Positions 1 to 10,020 of a DNA stretch of 64,000 nt are shown here, piece after piece. The notes below the pieces were generated by a model, which saw nothing but the letters and a program-made list of their open reading frames with translations, did not search any database and was not told the DNA's origin. The DNA is taken from positions 96,001 through 160,000 of the IMG/VR virus record IMGVR_UViG_3300034782_000062. One strand, given 5' to 3'. Numbering within the stretch: position 1 is the stretch's first letter; each line of letters begins with the position of its first letter. The translations under genes were made by a program, and so were the position numbers. The DNA comes from a virus.

Positions 1-264
1 GAGAAAATCCTGAAGACGAAGAAAGAACTCAGCTCCCTGATGTCGACATCGAGCCACCTGAAGGGGCGGATATGTCGAACGCCAGCAAGGACTTGCGCAA
101 GTCGTTCTTTAAGAAGGCACGCTCGGCTGGATTCACCGACAGTGCAATCCGTGACTGGATGAGTGAGCTGTGGAACATCCAGTCCTCGGCCAAACTCCTC
201 ACCTGGCAGACGGAGGCGATGATCGCAGCCATCGACGGCCTGAAGAAATAGAACGGAGGCCCCA

Positions 265-921
265 ATGGCAAAAAAGTCCGGTCGTCACAAATCTGTCTAC
301 CTCCCCGAAGAGCTTGCCAAGAAGCTCGAAGGTCGATCGGATATCAACTTCAGCCGCGTCTGTCGCGCTGCCCTGGAGCAAGCGTGCAGCTCGGACGAAG
401 AACGTGAGACATCCGAAGCGGCTGCTCTCGCCAGCCTCTCCAAGGCTGAAGATGAGCTTCGCACCATCCGATCTGCAATGGAAGGCATCGCTCGGCGAGC
501 CGCCAGGCAGGCAGGAATGGTCGTCCTCACCGGAGACGAGGCAGAAACCTACAACAGCATCCTCGAAACGGGGATCAATGCCTTCGTCCTCAAGACGAAA
601 AAAGAGGGAGTGGAGGAATACAAGGAGGAAATCCAGAAAAAGAAACGAGCAACCATCAAGAAAACCCAGAGCAAAGCTGCGCGCCTCGCCAGACATAAAG
701 ACGTTGATGACACTTCGGACCCAGACGCAGTCCAAAGGACGCATGAGCTGACGGAAGAGGTCATGGCGGACCCGTCATCGAACTGTGTCGACTGTGGTGA
801 CGCCGCAGACGTTCACTGTAAAAACTGCGGCAAGCCGCTATGTTGGAGCTGCTGGACTGGCGACTCCCCAGACGAGGGGCTTACTGCTGTGCAGCTCTGC
901 TCCAACTGCCTGGGTGCGTAA
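265..921 (+). CDS. Ribbon-helix-helix (CopG/CcdA-like) DNA-binding protein with C-terminal Cys-rich zinc finger
   Basis: N-term SVYLPEELAKKLEGRSDINFSRVCRAALE fits the RHH pattern; C-term CxxC..CxxC..CxxC..CxxC; GGAGG RBS upstream. Confidence 0.6.
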   Translation: MAKKSGRHKSVYLPEELAKKLEGRSDINFSRVCRAALEQACSSDEERETSEAAALASLSKAEDELRTIRSAMEGIARRAARQAGMVVLTGDEAETYNSILETGINAFVLKTKKEGVEEYKEEIQKKKRATIKKTQSKAARLARHKDVDDTSDPDAVQRTHELTEEVMADPSSNCVDCGDAADVHCKNCGKPLCWSCWTGDSPDEGLTAVQLCSNCLGA

Positions 922-1011
922 CAACCTTGGGCGCGGTAGGCATCTCGCAACGCCTACCGCGCCCCCACCTTTTCCCATCCCGAATCATTTCACTCGGAGC
1001 GGCCGGTTGAT

Positions 1012-3726
1012 TCAGGAAGAATCCGGCGCCCCGGGATCTTCATCATCTGGAGGACTCGGCCCTCCATCACCTGAGGCAGCTTGGTGCGCCTCCTTGTAGT
1101 CTTTGTAGAACTTGTCGAAAAACTCTTTCTCAGGATATTGCGGCGTCGTACCGCCACCAGCGAACGGGTCTGGCATGTTATCGACCAGCGAGTCAGCATA
1201 CTCGTCTAGATCGAAGTCCATTTCATTCACTGGTTTTTCGTGCTCCTCCTGTGGAGGAGGTGTCTTCTCCTCATCGACATGGGCTGGCAGGAGAGACTCG
1301 ACTTCAGGCTGCGCCTGGGCCGTCTCCTCGGCATCGTCTTCGTAGTGCTCGTCATCGTCGATACCAGGCTCACGAGTAGCGGCCTTGAGCTGATCGAGAA
1401 CCTCGACTACTTTCTCAGAGTCTCCCCATATACGGATGTTTCGACGACCGTACTTGACCATCTGAGGGACGATTCCTCGCATCTCCTCCAGGTACTGCTG
1501 ACGGACTCCGGGATATACCCCCTGGGCACGAACCACGGCGACCATGTGAACCATGCTCTCGTAGCTGGTAAAGAACTCCTGGTCGGACTTGATACCTCCG
1601 ACCTCCCACCAATTCACGAACTGATGATGTCGGTTGATAAACGCCGAGAAGGCATCGGTCCACCCACCGACAGCCTTGAAGATCTTATGGATGGAGCTGT
1701 AGATGTCGTTCCGATTGACGTCAGGCTGATGCATCACCTTGTTGATGACGCCTGGCATCTCCAGGTAGATATTCAGTTTCATCGCCGAGAAGATGACAAT
1801 CCTTTGTGGCTTTTCTCTTGGCTTCGATGGTCTAATTCGGAACAGCGCCTGAAGTAGCTCCTTCTCCTGACGAGCCTCCTTGTGTACCCGAACCCTATCG
1901 TCGACCGGAGTAAATCCAGGCTTCTTCGTATCCCAATTGAGCGGCTCTTCACCAGCGAAGACAGCGTTACAGAAGTTGCGCTCGGCGATGACGTTTGAGA
2001 AAGGCGACCCCACGATGACGATTGCGTCATAGTCGCCGTAAGAGTCGTCACCACGGTCCATCCAAAACCACTTGATGACGTAGTTTGTCATCCCGTAGAC
2101 GTCTTTGTTCGCCTTGATCCTCTCTTCGAGCCATTCAGCATAGCGCTTCTGCGTGTAGAACAAGACCTTCATCCCCTTGAGCTGTCTCAGCTCGGGGTCG
2201 ACGTACTGATCGAAAATTTGATCCTTTTTCTTGTCCATCACAGCGCGCGACGTCTTGACATCAGGGTAGCGCTTGACCGTAACGTTCTTTCGCACCTTGC
2301 AATGAACTTCACGGACCTCGACCTCTCGGTTACACACACGGTCAGAAATTTCTTTCTCGCCGTAGGCATCGAGTAGGACAAGTGGGCCACCGTACTTGAT
2401 CCTCCGAACGCTGTCCCAGAAGTAGGTCCATCCCGTCGAGGCATCCCATCGGAGCGACACCTTATAGGCCGTCTCCTTGTCCTCGTTTGATTGGTTGACG
2501 ATGTTGAGAATCTCTGCGGCGACGTCGGGCTCCTTATGGTGCGGTAGGCGTTGAAAACGCCATTCCGGCATGTCGTTGAACTCGCCCTTTTTGACCCCTG
2601 TCTCACACGTCGCCGCCTCATTGAGTAACGGGATAAGATCTACCCCCAGCTCACCTGCGGCCTTCTTAAGGACAAGAGCAAGCGCCTTTCCCCACACGAT
2701 GCTGTTGTCGAATACCTTGCAATCAATCAGCGCCTTGAGCAGCTCAGCACCACCGGGCTCCTTCTTTTCCTTGTCTGCCATCCAGCTCATCGGAGCATTG
2801 GCTAGGTAGCGATACTTATCAGCAACGTTCTGCGCATGACGCAATAATGCCCTGAACTTCACCAGCGCATCGCCGTCAATATCTCGGTCAAGCTCCTCGG
2901 TGTTCCACCCGTATATCTCCCGGAACGCAGGAAGCGGATCCTCGTCGATAAGGACGAAGTCGATCGCCTCCTTCATGATCTCACCTTCACAGATCAGGTT
3001 GCCGAGCATGTGGTGCGTCGTCACGACGATGGGCTGCCATCCCCCATCACCCACCGGCACGAAGCCGGCAGCTCTGTAAATATTCTTGAAATATTCGCAG
3101 GCCCCACCGAATCCAGTCTTTTCTCCGTTATTGTCCTTGTAGTGCGGATAGAACGGGCACCGAGCGCAAACGAAGTGCTGTGCCGGGTAGCCCTTCTCTC
3201 TCGCTTTGCAGATTTTGTCGTAGTTGTGGCAGTTCGCGTGGACCTTGATCTCCTCGATATATCCTTCGTCGTCAAGACGACGACGAACATATCCATCGTG
3301 GCGACCTTCGAGCATGATGACAATGTGACCGTAGCCGTAGAATCCACCCTTCAGCCGCTCATATACCTGCCACGCCATGTTGCGAGTAGTTACGCCAATG
3401 AACGGACGGCGCTGCGTCTTGGCCAAATTTGATGCGAGATGAATACCTCCCTCGGTTTTACCAATCCCAGGGGTCGTAACGAAGAGAACGGGTTTGTCGA
3501 GCTGCTCGTCGGCGAGGCCGACAATCTGGTCATGCAGGTTACTGGAAGCACCTTCAAAGGTTTCATGAAGATTGACGTGCTTGAGCTTGGACGAGCCCTT
3601 TGGCTTCCACTTGTTGGAAGTCTTAGGTTTAACGCCGGATTTTTCGAGCTGTTTTTTAAACTCGCTCGCTATTGCCGCGTAGTTACCACCACCTTGCGGC
3701 ACCGACGATGCGGCGTCCTTGCTCAC
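1012..3726 (-). CDS. Helicase-like P-loop ATPase (putative replicative helicase/origin-binding protein) with acidic Pro-rich tail
   Basis: Walker A TTPGIGKT, LIDED Walker B-like motif, Cys cluster (C..C..CPFY..C), located directly downstream of the primase gene. Confidence 0.6.
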   Translation of the reverse strand: MSKDAASSVPQGGGNYAAIASEFKKQLEKSGVKPKTSNKWKPKGSSKLKHVNLHETFEGASSNLHDQIVGLADEQLDKPVLFVTTPGIGKTEGGIHLASNLAKTQRRPFIGVTTRNMAWQVYERLKGGFYGYGHIVIMLEGRHDGYVRRRLDDEGYIEEIKVHANCHNYDKICKAREKGYPAQHFVCARCPFYPHYKDNNGEKTGFGGACEYFKNIYRAAGFVPVGDGGWQPIVVTTHHMLGNLICEGEIMKEAIDFVLIDEDPLPAFREIYGWNTEELDRDIDGDALVKFRALLRHAQNVADKYRYLANAPMSWMADKEKKEPGGAELLKALIDCKVFDNSIVWGKALALVLKKAAGELGVDLIPLLNEAATCETGVKKGEFNDMPEWRFQRLPHHKEPDVAAEILNIVNQSNEDKETAYKVSLRWDASTGWTYFWDSVRRIKYGGPLVLLDAYGEKEISDRVCNREVEVREVHCKVRKNVTVKRYPDVKTSRAVMDKKKDQIFDQYVDPELRQLKGMKVLFYTQKRYAEWLEERIKANKDVYGMTNYVIKWFWMDRGDDSYGDYDAIVIVGSPFSNVIAERNFCNAVFAGEEPLNWDTKKPGFTPVDDRVRVHKEARQEKELLQALFRIRPSKPREKPQRIVIFSAMKLNIYLEMPGVINKVMHQPDVNRNDIYSSIHKIFKAVGGWTDAFSAFINRHHQFVNWWEVGGIKSDQEFFTSYESMVHMVAVVRAQGVYPGVRQQYLEEMRGIVPQMVKYGRRNIRIWGDSEKVVEVLDQLKAATREPGIDDDEHYEDDAEETAQAQPEVESLLPAHVDEEKTPPPQEEHEKPVNEMDFDLDEYADSLVDNMPDPFAGGGTTPQYPEKEFFDKFYKDYKEAHQAASGDGGPSPPDDEDPGAPDSS

Positions 3727-3749
3727 CGAAACCTACCATCCCCAAACAG

Positions 3750-4898
3750 CTACGCCGCGTGGTCAGCTACATCGTTCCCTACAAACCTCGGTATTGAGGC
3801 CGGGGCGCGCGGGCCTCGGCCAAAGTCGTTGCGGAATTTGTTGCAGACACCATCTTCCCCAAGCATAGGGCATCGCCATCCTTCTGAAGCGATGCGCTCA
3901 CACGTAATGGGTCCGCCCATAGTGCGAAGGATGTTTTCGTACTTTTTTTCTGTGGTTTCGTGATTGTAGCGGCCCTTGTCACAAGCAGATATCTTGTGAA
4001 AGAGCGCTCGGCCACCATGAGGGTCGTAGCACGCGAGATTCGCTGCCAACGCGATCCATTCGAAGTACGTGAGCCCACTCTCGCAGGCGTACTGAATGAA
4101 CTCGCAACCGCCAATGATCATGTCGAGGTCACTGGCGTTGCTGTCCTGAAAACTCTCTCTCCCATCGAAGGACCCACCTCGGCTTCTCTTCGCCGGGCTG
4201 TCCTCCAGCACATCCAACCTTCCGATTTCTCCAAGAGCATCAACCACGTCCAGCCGATTTACTGGATCGTAAAGCTCGATCATATCCCACGTCGGCTCGC
4301 CGAGAGGGACGGTATTGAACTGCTGATCGAGCAGCATAGAACCGTTTCGTGTATTCGCCGCTTCCATGTTGAGCGGCATGGCTATCTGGTTACCGATCGA
4401 TCGGCCACCAGGCAGCGTGTCTTGTGTTGGGAAAATTCTATCGAGTGCGCCACCCTCACCAAGGGTCGGCAACTCGCACATCTCTATAAACGCCTCCATG
4501 AAGCGCCTGGCCACCCAGACCTCCATGGGCTTCAAGTCGCCACGAGGGTCGTCAAAGATGATGCGAACGTGAACGCCACGCCCTGACTGGCTGGTGTTGC
4601 ACAGGGGGTCGATCCCGTACTCTCTAAAAGTGTCAGCGAGGGCCTTTGCGTGTTCGAAGGCGTTACCGTGATGACCATCGAAGTCAGCGGCAACCCACTC
4701 GCAGGTTCCGTCAGCCAAGAAGGGATAGGCACCAATCATGATATCGCCCTTCATATGTCGGACGATTACGTCGTTAGTTAGCTTGTACTCGGGAAGGCGC
4801 CGTGGTCTGTAGCTTCCATCAGCGATACGAAAAGCGTATACATCCGGTCGACCACAGAAAAATCTTTTAAAATAGAAGAGCTTCTCTTTCGGAACCAT
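3750..4898 (-). CDS. Archaeo-eukaryotic primase (TOTE-type AEP) with Cys-rich PriL-like C-terminal domain
   Basis: FCGRPDVYA, MIGAYP, CEWVAADFD (DxD), SQSGRGVHV and GNQIAMP motifs; C-terminal conserved cysteines. Confidence 0.75.
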   Translation of the reverse strand: MVPKEKLFYFKRFFCGRPDVYAFRIADGSYRPRRLPEYKLTNDVIVRHMKGDIMIGAYPFLADGTCEWVAADFDGHHGNAFEHAKALADTFREYGIDPLCNTSQSGRGVHVRIIFDDPRGDLKPMEVWVARRFMEAFIEMCELPTLGEGGALDRIFPTQDTLPGGRSIGNQIAMPLNMEAANTRNGSMLLDQQFNTVPLGEPTWDMIELYDPVNRLDVVDALGEIGRLDVLEDSPAKRSRGGSFDGRESFQDSNASDLDMIIGGCEFIQYACESGLTYFEWIALAANLACYDPHGGRALFHKISACDKGRYNHETTEKKYENILRTMGGPITCERIASEGWRCPMLGEDGVCNKFRNDFGRGPRAPASIPRFVGNDVADHAA

Positions 4899-4910
4899 CC
4901 CCTCCCCCGT

Positions 4911-6425
4911 TCACCGTTTTGACAGCCTCGCCTTTATGATTTCGACATTCTTCGGTTCCCTCTCGACAAGGATGAAGTTTCTCTTCAGCCGTTTACAGGC
5001 CAAGCCAGTAGTGCCAGTGCCGGCGAAGTTGTCGAGGACGAGGTCGCCAGGATTTGTAAGCCTCTCAACGAGCCACTTGAGCACAAACTCGGGACGCTCC
5101 CCTAGGTGCCGAAGAGCCTTGCGCCCCTTGACGGTCGCACCTTCAATGAAGTTGTGCATCTGCTTGGGACCCTTCCAATGGAAGGCGTTGCGCTTATCAG
5201 CGCCCATGCAGGCCGTCACGATAAACTGACACGTATCCAAAAACGTTGTTTTCTTCGAGCCAGTGTCGGGATTTGTTAGGTGCCAGGTTACAACCTGTAC
5301 CATGTCGAAGCCGTTGCTTATCAGAGCCTCACGAATAAAGCTCACGTAGCGCTCGTCACAAAAAACAGCGATATTCCCGCCCGTCTTGATGACGCGCGCC
5401 CACTCGTGCGCCCAGACTGAAACCTCATCCAGCTTCAGTTCGCTGTTCCAGTCCTCAAAGACGTCGAGCGCCTCGGTCTCTTCGAGCCGGTCACCGTAGC
5501 CAGTGTCCTCTTTGTAGTCGGGATCGACAATGATGTGATCTACCGATTCTCTTTCAATATCGTTGATATGATCTTGACATCGAATATCAGCATCGATGCT
5601 CTTGATACTTTTAGCTTCTTCGATCAGCTTGTCTTCGCGCTTCTGCTTATGCATCGCAAGAGCGGCGCTATTGATCGATGACTCACCCTTGAAAACTGCC
5701 TGCACCGCGGGATGTTCCATCCAGTTTTCGCCAAGTTCTTCCTTGGCCTGATTTATAATTGCAGCAGCACGCGCAACTTTCATCGGCGGCTGACCGATGG
5801 CCTTGCCGACTTCGTTGCGAGTCAAACGACGTTTCGGCTTGGGCTTCTTGGCGATCCTCAGTCCGCCCTCTTCCCGATCCTCGTCGTCCTCAGGATGTTC
5901 GATCTCAATCTCTGTGTCATCCGACTTTCGGTAGACGCTTGCTGGTCCGCGGCGCCCCTTGCGACCACCTTCTGCTTGCCGCTCCTTGTTCTTCTCGAAC
6001 TCTTTGTCCCAGATCGCCTCGACCTCCATCATGATCTGACGCTCCGACTTACGCCGGTAAGCGTTGTGCATGACGATGGCCTCAACGGTCTCGTCGTCGG
6101 TCTCGTAGTCACGCCAGACGACCGGAACTGTCGGCATCTTCAGGGTGATGGCGGCTTTATGGCGACGGCGACCGGAAATGATGAAGCACGTTGCACGATC
6201 GACAACGATGGGCTCGATCATGCCGCGCTTACTGATATCCGAGATCAGGTCTTTATCCGGCTCGTCACCGTAAATTTGCTGGTTGCGCGGGTGAGCCTTG
6301 ATCTCGTTCGGTGAGACCAGCTCGATTGTTTCTTTGCGGGGTGCTGGGGGTAGGTTCTTTTCGTGCGCGGATTTAATAATCCTACGACGGCCTGGATCGG
6401 CCTTGTTTTCCGCTCGCGCTGTCAT
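4911..6425 (-). CDS. ParB/Srx N-terminal domain fused to a beta-class N4/N6 DNA methyltransferase
   Basis: IKAHPRN..IEPIVV..IISGRRRHKAA (ParB); DPDY (motif IV variant) followed by DNFAGTGTT (motif I); start moved to MTARAE, which has a GGGGA RBS. Confidence 0.8.
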   Translation of the reverse strand: MTARAENKADPGRRRIIKSAHEKNLPPAPRKETIELVSPNEIKAHPRNQQIYGDEPDKDLISDISKRGMIEPIVVDRATCFIISGRRRHKAAITLKMPTVPVVWRDYETDDETVEAIVMHNAYRRKSERQIMMEVEAIWDKEFEKNKERQAEGGRKGRRGPASVYRKSDDTEIEIEHPEDDEDREEGGLRIAKKPKPKRRLTRNEVGKAIGQPPMKVARAAAIINQAKEELGENWMEHPAVQAVFKGESSINSAALAMHKQKREDKLIEEAKSIKSIDADIRCQDHINDIERESVDHIIVDPDYKEDTGYGDRLEETEALDVFEDWNSELKLDEVSVWAHEWARVIKTGGNIAVFCDERYVSFIREALISNGFDMVQVVTWHLTNPDTGSKKTTFLDTCQFIVTACMGADKRNAFHWKGPKQMHNFIEGATVKGRKALRHLGERPEFVLKWLVERLTNPGDLVLDNFAGTGTTGLACKRLKRNFILVEREPKNVEIIKARLSKR

Positions 6426-6487
6426 AGAACCACAGTCCCCTATTAAAAAGGCAGCAAGGTCCCGCGTGCCCGCCGCCAAGATGGCGG

Positions 6488-6640
6488 GGGTTTATATGAA
6501 ATCTCATCTTTTCCAACCGAAAGGCAAAAGGAAAAGATGGGGTTCCACCTTAGCGGACGGCACCCGAGGCCTTGCTGCGTTCGATTATCTTACGTTTGCT
6601 TTTCACCTTTCGGTTGTTGAGATTTCATATAACCCGTCCG
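6488..6640 (-). promoter_or_regulatory. Structured leader or inverted-repeat element upstream of the replication operon
   Basis: 15-bp perfect IR (6492-6506/6618-6632), 10-bp IR (6515-6524/6606-6615) and a competing 10-bp hairpin (6505-6514/6530-6539). Confidence 0.5.
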
Positions 6641-6842
6641 AACAGACTGCCTGAGATCGCACCGCCGCGTCAACTTAATTAATCCTGAGGACGGCATTAT
6701 TTCTCTAACAGCCCATTAATTTTGTTGGAAAAATTGCAGATCCCTCCTGGTGCGCTGGAAATGAATCCTGAGGACGAATATGGTAGGATGGCAGGGCTCC
6801 CTGTTGTGGGAAAACAAGGGTCAATTTTAAAGGAGGGATAGC

Positions 6843-7583
6843 ATGCCACCCCCAATCGCACAGGTTCTCGGCGTCGTTGGCGTCACAGGTTCTGCAGCCG
6901 CGATGCTGATGGTCCGCCTCATGGAAGGGCAGTACGCTGGCATCACCGATGGCTCGTTCGTCATGCAGTACACCGAAGGACACGGCCTTCGTGATCGCTG
7001 GGGGCCGCACATTGTAGACAACGGTCGCTTCTCACGCGGTTGGGGAATGCGAACCACCAGTGAAGGTGTGCAACGCCCTCATGGCGGCATCGACCTATGT
7101 GGGCCTCAAGGGACAGTCGTTCGGGCGATGCGCACAGGGCTCGTCGAGCACAGCGACCAAGGCAATGGCTATGGGGAATGCATCCTTCTTCGGCACGTCG
7201 ATGGAACGACGAGCTTCTACGCACATCTCAATGAACGAGCTGTGACCCAAGGGATGCTGGTCATGGGCGGCTCACCCATCGGAACGATGGGGCGCACCTC
7301 TGGAACTGGAAGCATCCCCAGCGAGCGCTTCCAGATGGGTGGCCCTATGGACCGTCGCTGCCGTCACTTCGCCAACATGGGTATCCACCTTCACTTCAGT
7401 ACCCATGGTTACGGTCAGGAGCGCCTGCCTCACCAGCGGCGAATGCGCCAAACCGTCAGTACCGACAAAGAGTGGCAGTACGGATCCGACCCCGTGCAGA
7501 TTCTCGGCGCCCACGGCACCAGACAAGTGGCCCAGCAAGCTATTGCCTGTTCACCGTGGAGCCGCGACTGGGCTACCGCTTGA
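6843..7583 (+). CDS. M23-family zinc metallopeptidase (cell-wall hydrolase) with N-terminal hydrophobic segment
   Basis: HGGID (HxxxD), FYAHL, HLHF (HxH). Confidence 0.85.
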   Translation: MPPPIAQVLGVVGVTGSAAAMLMVRLMEGQYAGITDGSFVMQYTEGHGLRDRWGPHIVDNGRFSRGWGMRTTSEGVQRPHGGIDLCGPQGTVVRAMRTGLVEHSDQGNGYGECILLRHVDGTTSFYAHLNERAVTQGMLVMGGSPIGTMGRTSGTGSIPSERFQMGGPMDRRCRHFANMGIHLHFSTHGYGQERLPHQRRMRQTVSTDKEWQYGSDPVQILGAHGTRQVAQQAIACSPWSRDWATA

Positions 7584-8086
7584 GCTTCCGCAGGCACCCA
7601 ACAATCGCCTGAAACACGTCACGACAGAATTTTAAAACCCCCCGGTCAAAAAGAATGCAGATCCCCCCTCGTTTGGTGTTGGGTCGTCGGCTGCTCTGAG
7701 TGTGTCGTTAAGATTTAAGTAAGTCGTACATGCCTAGTAGTATGATGCCCCTAACTAAGAGCAAAAGCCTAGGTACTGTTACTTAAAGATCTTAGGGGCA
7801 TGAAATACTTGAACAGTGTTCTTGGTATTTTAATCAGCAAGTAGTAGGCCAGACCTTGCTAAGAAAAGGACATGCTGGAGCTGTCAGCAGGGCTGAGGTC
7901 CCCACTGAGGTTTGAGCTAAGCAGAAGCCCCTTGTGCTGAACTTGGGGTCGACCACTAACCTTTCGGGGAGCTGAAGACCGAGAGGGTTGCTGTCCCAGA
8001 CCCCCAGATTGCTAAAGGGAGAGGCAGAAACATTTCGGAGAGCTAGAGACCCGAGGGTTGTCAGTCATCCTGACGATGCAAAAACC

Positions 8087-8115
8087 TTGACGTTGCAGAT
8101 GCCATATTGCAGAAT
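8087..8115 (+). promoter_or_regulatory. Sigma70-type promoter
   Basis: TTGACG-17 nt-CAGAAT upstream of the 8161 ORF. Confidence 0.5.
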
Positions 8116-8160
8116 GGCGCCATCCCAAAACCGCAACGTCAAAACGCGAGGTAGGTCAAA

Positions 8161-8715
8161 ATGGCAGAGGAAGAGACCAAGGCGACGGAAAAAAAGGAAG
8201 AAGCTCAGACCCCACCGAAGGCGCAGGTGACGCCGCCGCCGACAGGCCCAGGTGGAGCACTCGAAGAAATCCAGAAGCGAGCGGTAGGCGGGAAGGTCGC
8301 TGTCTTGGAGAAGGGCGACAAAGAGCCGAAGATCGTTGGCGGCAACGGCGAAGGCGAAACGCCGCCCGAGGCTGAAGCCGATGGCAAGACCGATGGTGAG
8401 GCCAAAGAGCCCGAGCCCCCCGCTGCTTCTCCAGGCATTCCAATCTCTCCCGACGCTGCAGAAGACCTGAAGATGGTCATGGATGAGATCGGCCAACTCG
8501 AACGGCAGGCCGGTCAAAACGCGATTCAGTTTCATAGTGCGATGAAGCAGATCGAAGAGAAGGCTTCCGAGCTGCGGACGGATTTCAATTCCATCGTGCG
8601 GCGACTCGGGAAGCGTTTCAACGTCCCTCAAGGCTGGGTGCTCAACCTCGACACCATGAGTTTCGTCCCTCAACAGCAGGGAGCGGGACAGACGGGGATG
8701 CCTCCGCTACAATAA
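8161..8715 (+). CDS. Hypothetical protein, acidic/Pro-rich N-terminus and coiled-coil C-terminus
   Basis: Open 184-aa frame with RBS, first gene after a promoter. Confidence 0.7.
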   Translation: MAEEETKATEKKEEAQTPPKAQVTPPPTGPGGALEEIQKRAVGGKVAVLEKGDKEPKIVGGNGEGETPPEAEADGKTDGEAKEPEPPAASPGIPISPDAAEDLKMVMDEIGQLERQAGQNAIQFHSAMKQIEEKASELRTDFNSIVRRLGKRFNVPQGWVLNLDTMSFVPQQQGAGQTGMPPLQ

Positions 8716-8730
8716 AGCTGGAGGTGGCCC

Positions 8731-9402
8731 ATGGCCGCATTTACCAGCGACGTTCTCCAGGAATACGTCAGGCTCTGCGAAACGGAGTTCAAGGTTAAGC
8801 TTGTCGAAAAAAAGACGAGCATTTTTATGAAGATGATCGCGGTGATCCTCTTCTTTAACAAGAACTTCATGACGAGCTATGTCACGACAATCGGGCGCAC
8901 TGTCTACTGGCCCGACCTGGAGGAGAGGTTCAGCAAATACCCGGAAAACTCTTTCAGAACGATGTTTCATGAGACGCAGCACGCTCATGATGGCAGCGTC
9001 TTCAAGATTGTTTACGAGTTGAGCTACCTCTCGCCTCAAATCGGGGGCCTGCTCTCGCTGCTCGCATTCATGGCGATTACGTTTAGCAATGCTTGGCTCC
9101 TCGCACTCCTCGCACTGGTCCTCATCGCGCCCTTCCCTGCATACTTTCGAGCGCATTGGGAGTTCCGCGGCTCGTCTTGCAACATGGCTTACAGAATTTG
9201 GACGGACGACAGGGTCAGCGACAGGTACAAGGACTTTCTTGTCCAGCGGTTCAAGGGTCCGGACTACTACTTCATGTGGCCCTTTCCAAAGAGCGTTCGC
9301 AAAAAGCTGGCGAAGATCGAACAGCGCATTCGCGCTGGCAAGCTGACAGAGGTGCAGAGAAAGACTCATGTCTTTCTTCAAAACCATGGTATCATCAGCT
9401 AG
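8731..9402 (+). CDS. Membrane protein with HExxH motif (putative metalloprotease)
   Basis: FHETQH motif, two hydrophobic segments, GGAGG RBS. Confidence 0.55.
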   Translation: MAAFTSDVLQEYVRLCETEFKVKLVEKKTSIFMKMIAVILFFNKNFMTSYVTTIGRTVYWPDLEERFSKYPENSFRTMFHETQHAHDGSVFKIVYELSYLSPQIGGLLSLLAFMAITFSNAWLLALLALVLIAPFPAYFRAHWEFRGSSCNMAYRIWTDDRVSDRYKDFLVQRFKGPDYYFMWPFPKSVRKKLAKIEQRIRAGKLTEVQRKTHVFLQNHGIIS

Positions 9403-9404
9403 TT

Positions 9405-9941
9405 ATGACCAACGGTGCTGGTCGATACGGTTCTGGCTCATCTTCAAAGCCTCAATCTTCTTCGACTGATGCAGTACTCGCAGCTATCGAAAATGAGCTA
9501 AAGAACCAAGGGCGCCAGCTCAAGACGATGAACCTAAAAGTTGACAGCGTGAGCGAGACCGTCACCAGGATGAATACTCAGATGGAGCACCTGGTGACAA
9601 AGGAAGCCTGCGCAGAGGGTCGCCAGCAGCTCGGCGATGATTTAAAAAGACGAATGGACGGGGACCGTGAAATCACGGGCACCAACATAAAGATACCGGC
9701 TCTGTGGCAGCAATTCCAAGAAGCGACCAAGCAAAAAAAAACGACTGTTCCCCCGCCTCCTGCTCCACAACAGAAACCTCAACGTGGGTTTTTATTTTGG
9801 CTCGGTGTCATCGCAGCCTGTGTCACCATCAGTGGTGGAATTGTCGGGGTGACCTTCGCGGCATACAAGGTGCTCGACGTTATTCAGGCCACCGAACAGA
9901 TGATGCAGGACATGCAGAGGCACCAGTCGTCCAATCAATGA
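9405..9941 (+). CDS. Coiled-coil protein with C-terminal TM helix (possible lysis/holin-like)
   Basis: Start at MTNGAG just after the upstream stop; hydrophobic FLFWLGVIAACVTISGGIVGV segment. Confidence 0.5.
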   Translation: MTNGAGRYGSGSSSKPQSSSTDAVLAAIENELKNQGRQLKTMNLKVDSVSETVTRMNTQMEHLVTKEACAEGRQQLGDDLKRRMDGDREITGTNIKIPALWQQFQEATKQKKTTVPPPPAPQQKPQRGFLFWLGVIAACVTISGGIVGVTFAAYKVLDVIQATEQMMQDMQRHQSSNQ

Positions 9942-10020
9942 CTCATTGACTTGGCAGGTTGCACGTGTTACATATTTTCCATCCTGAGGACTGAGCAATC
10001 ACAGACGCAAAGGACCAAAA

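Noticed and set aside
170-3963. Alternative-frame ORFs overlapping the RHH, helicase and primase genes (e.g. 170-751, 199-744, 1240-1857)
   Set aside because: Shadow frames of better-supported genes that have RBS and domain motifs
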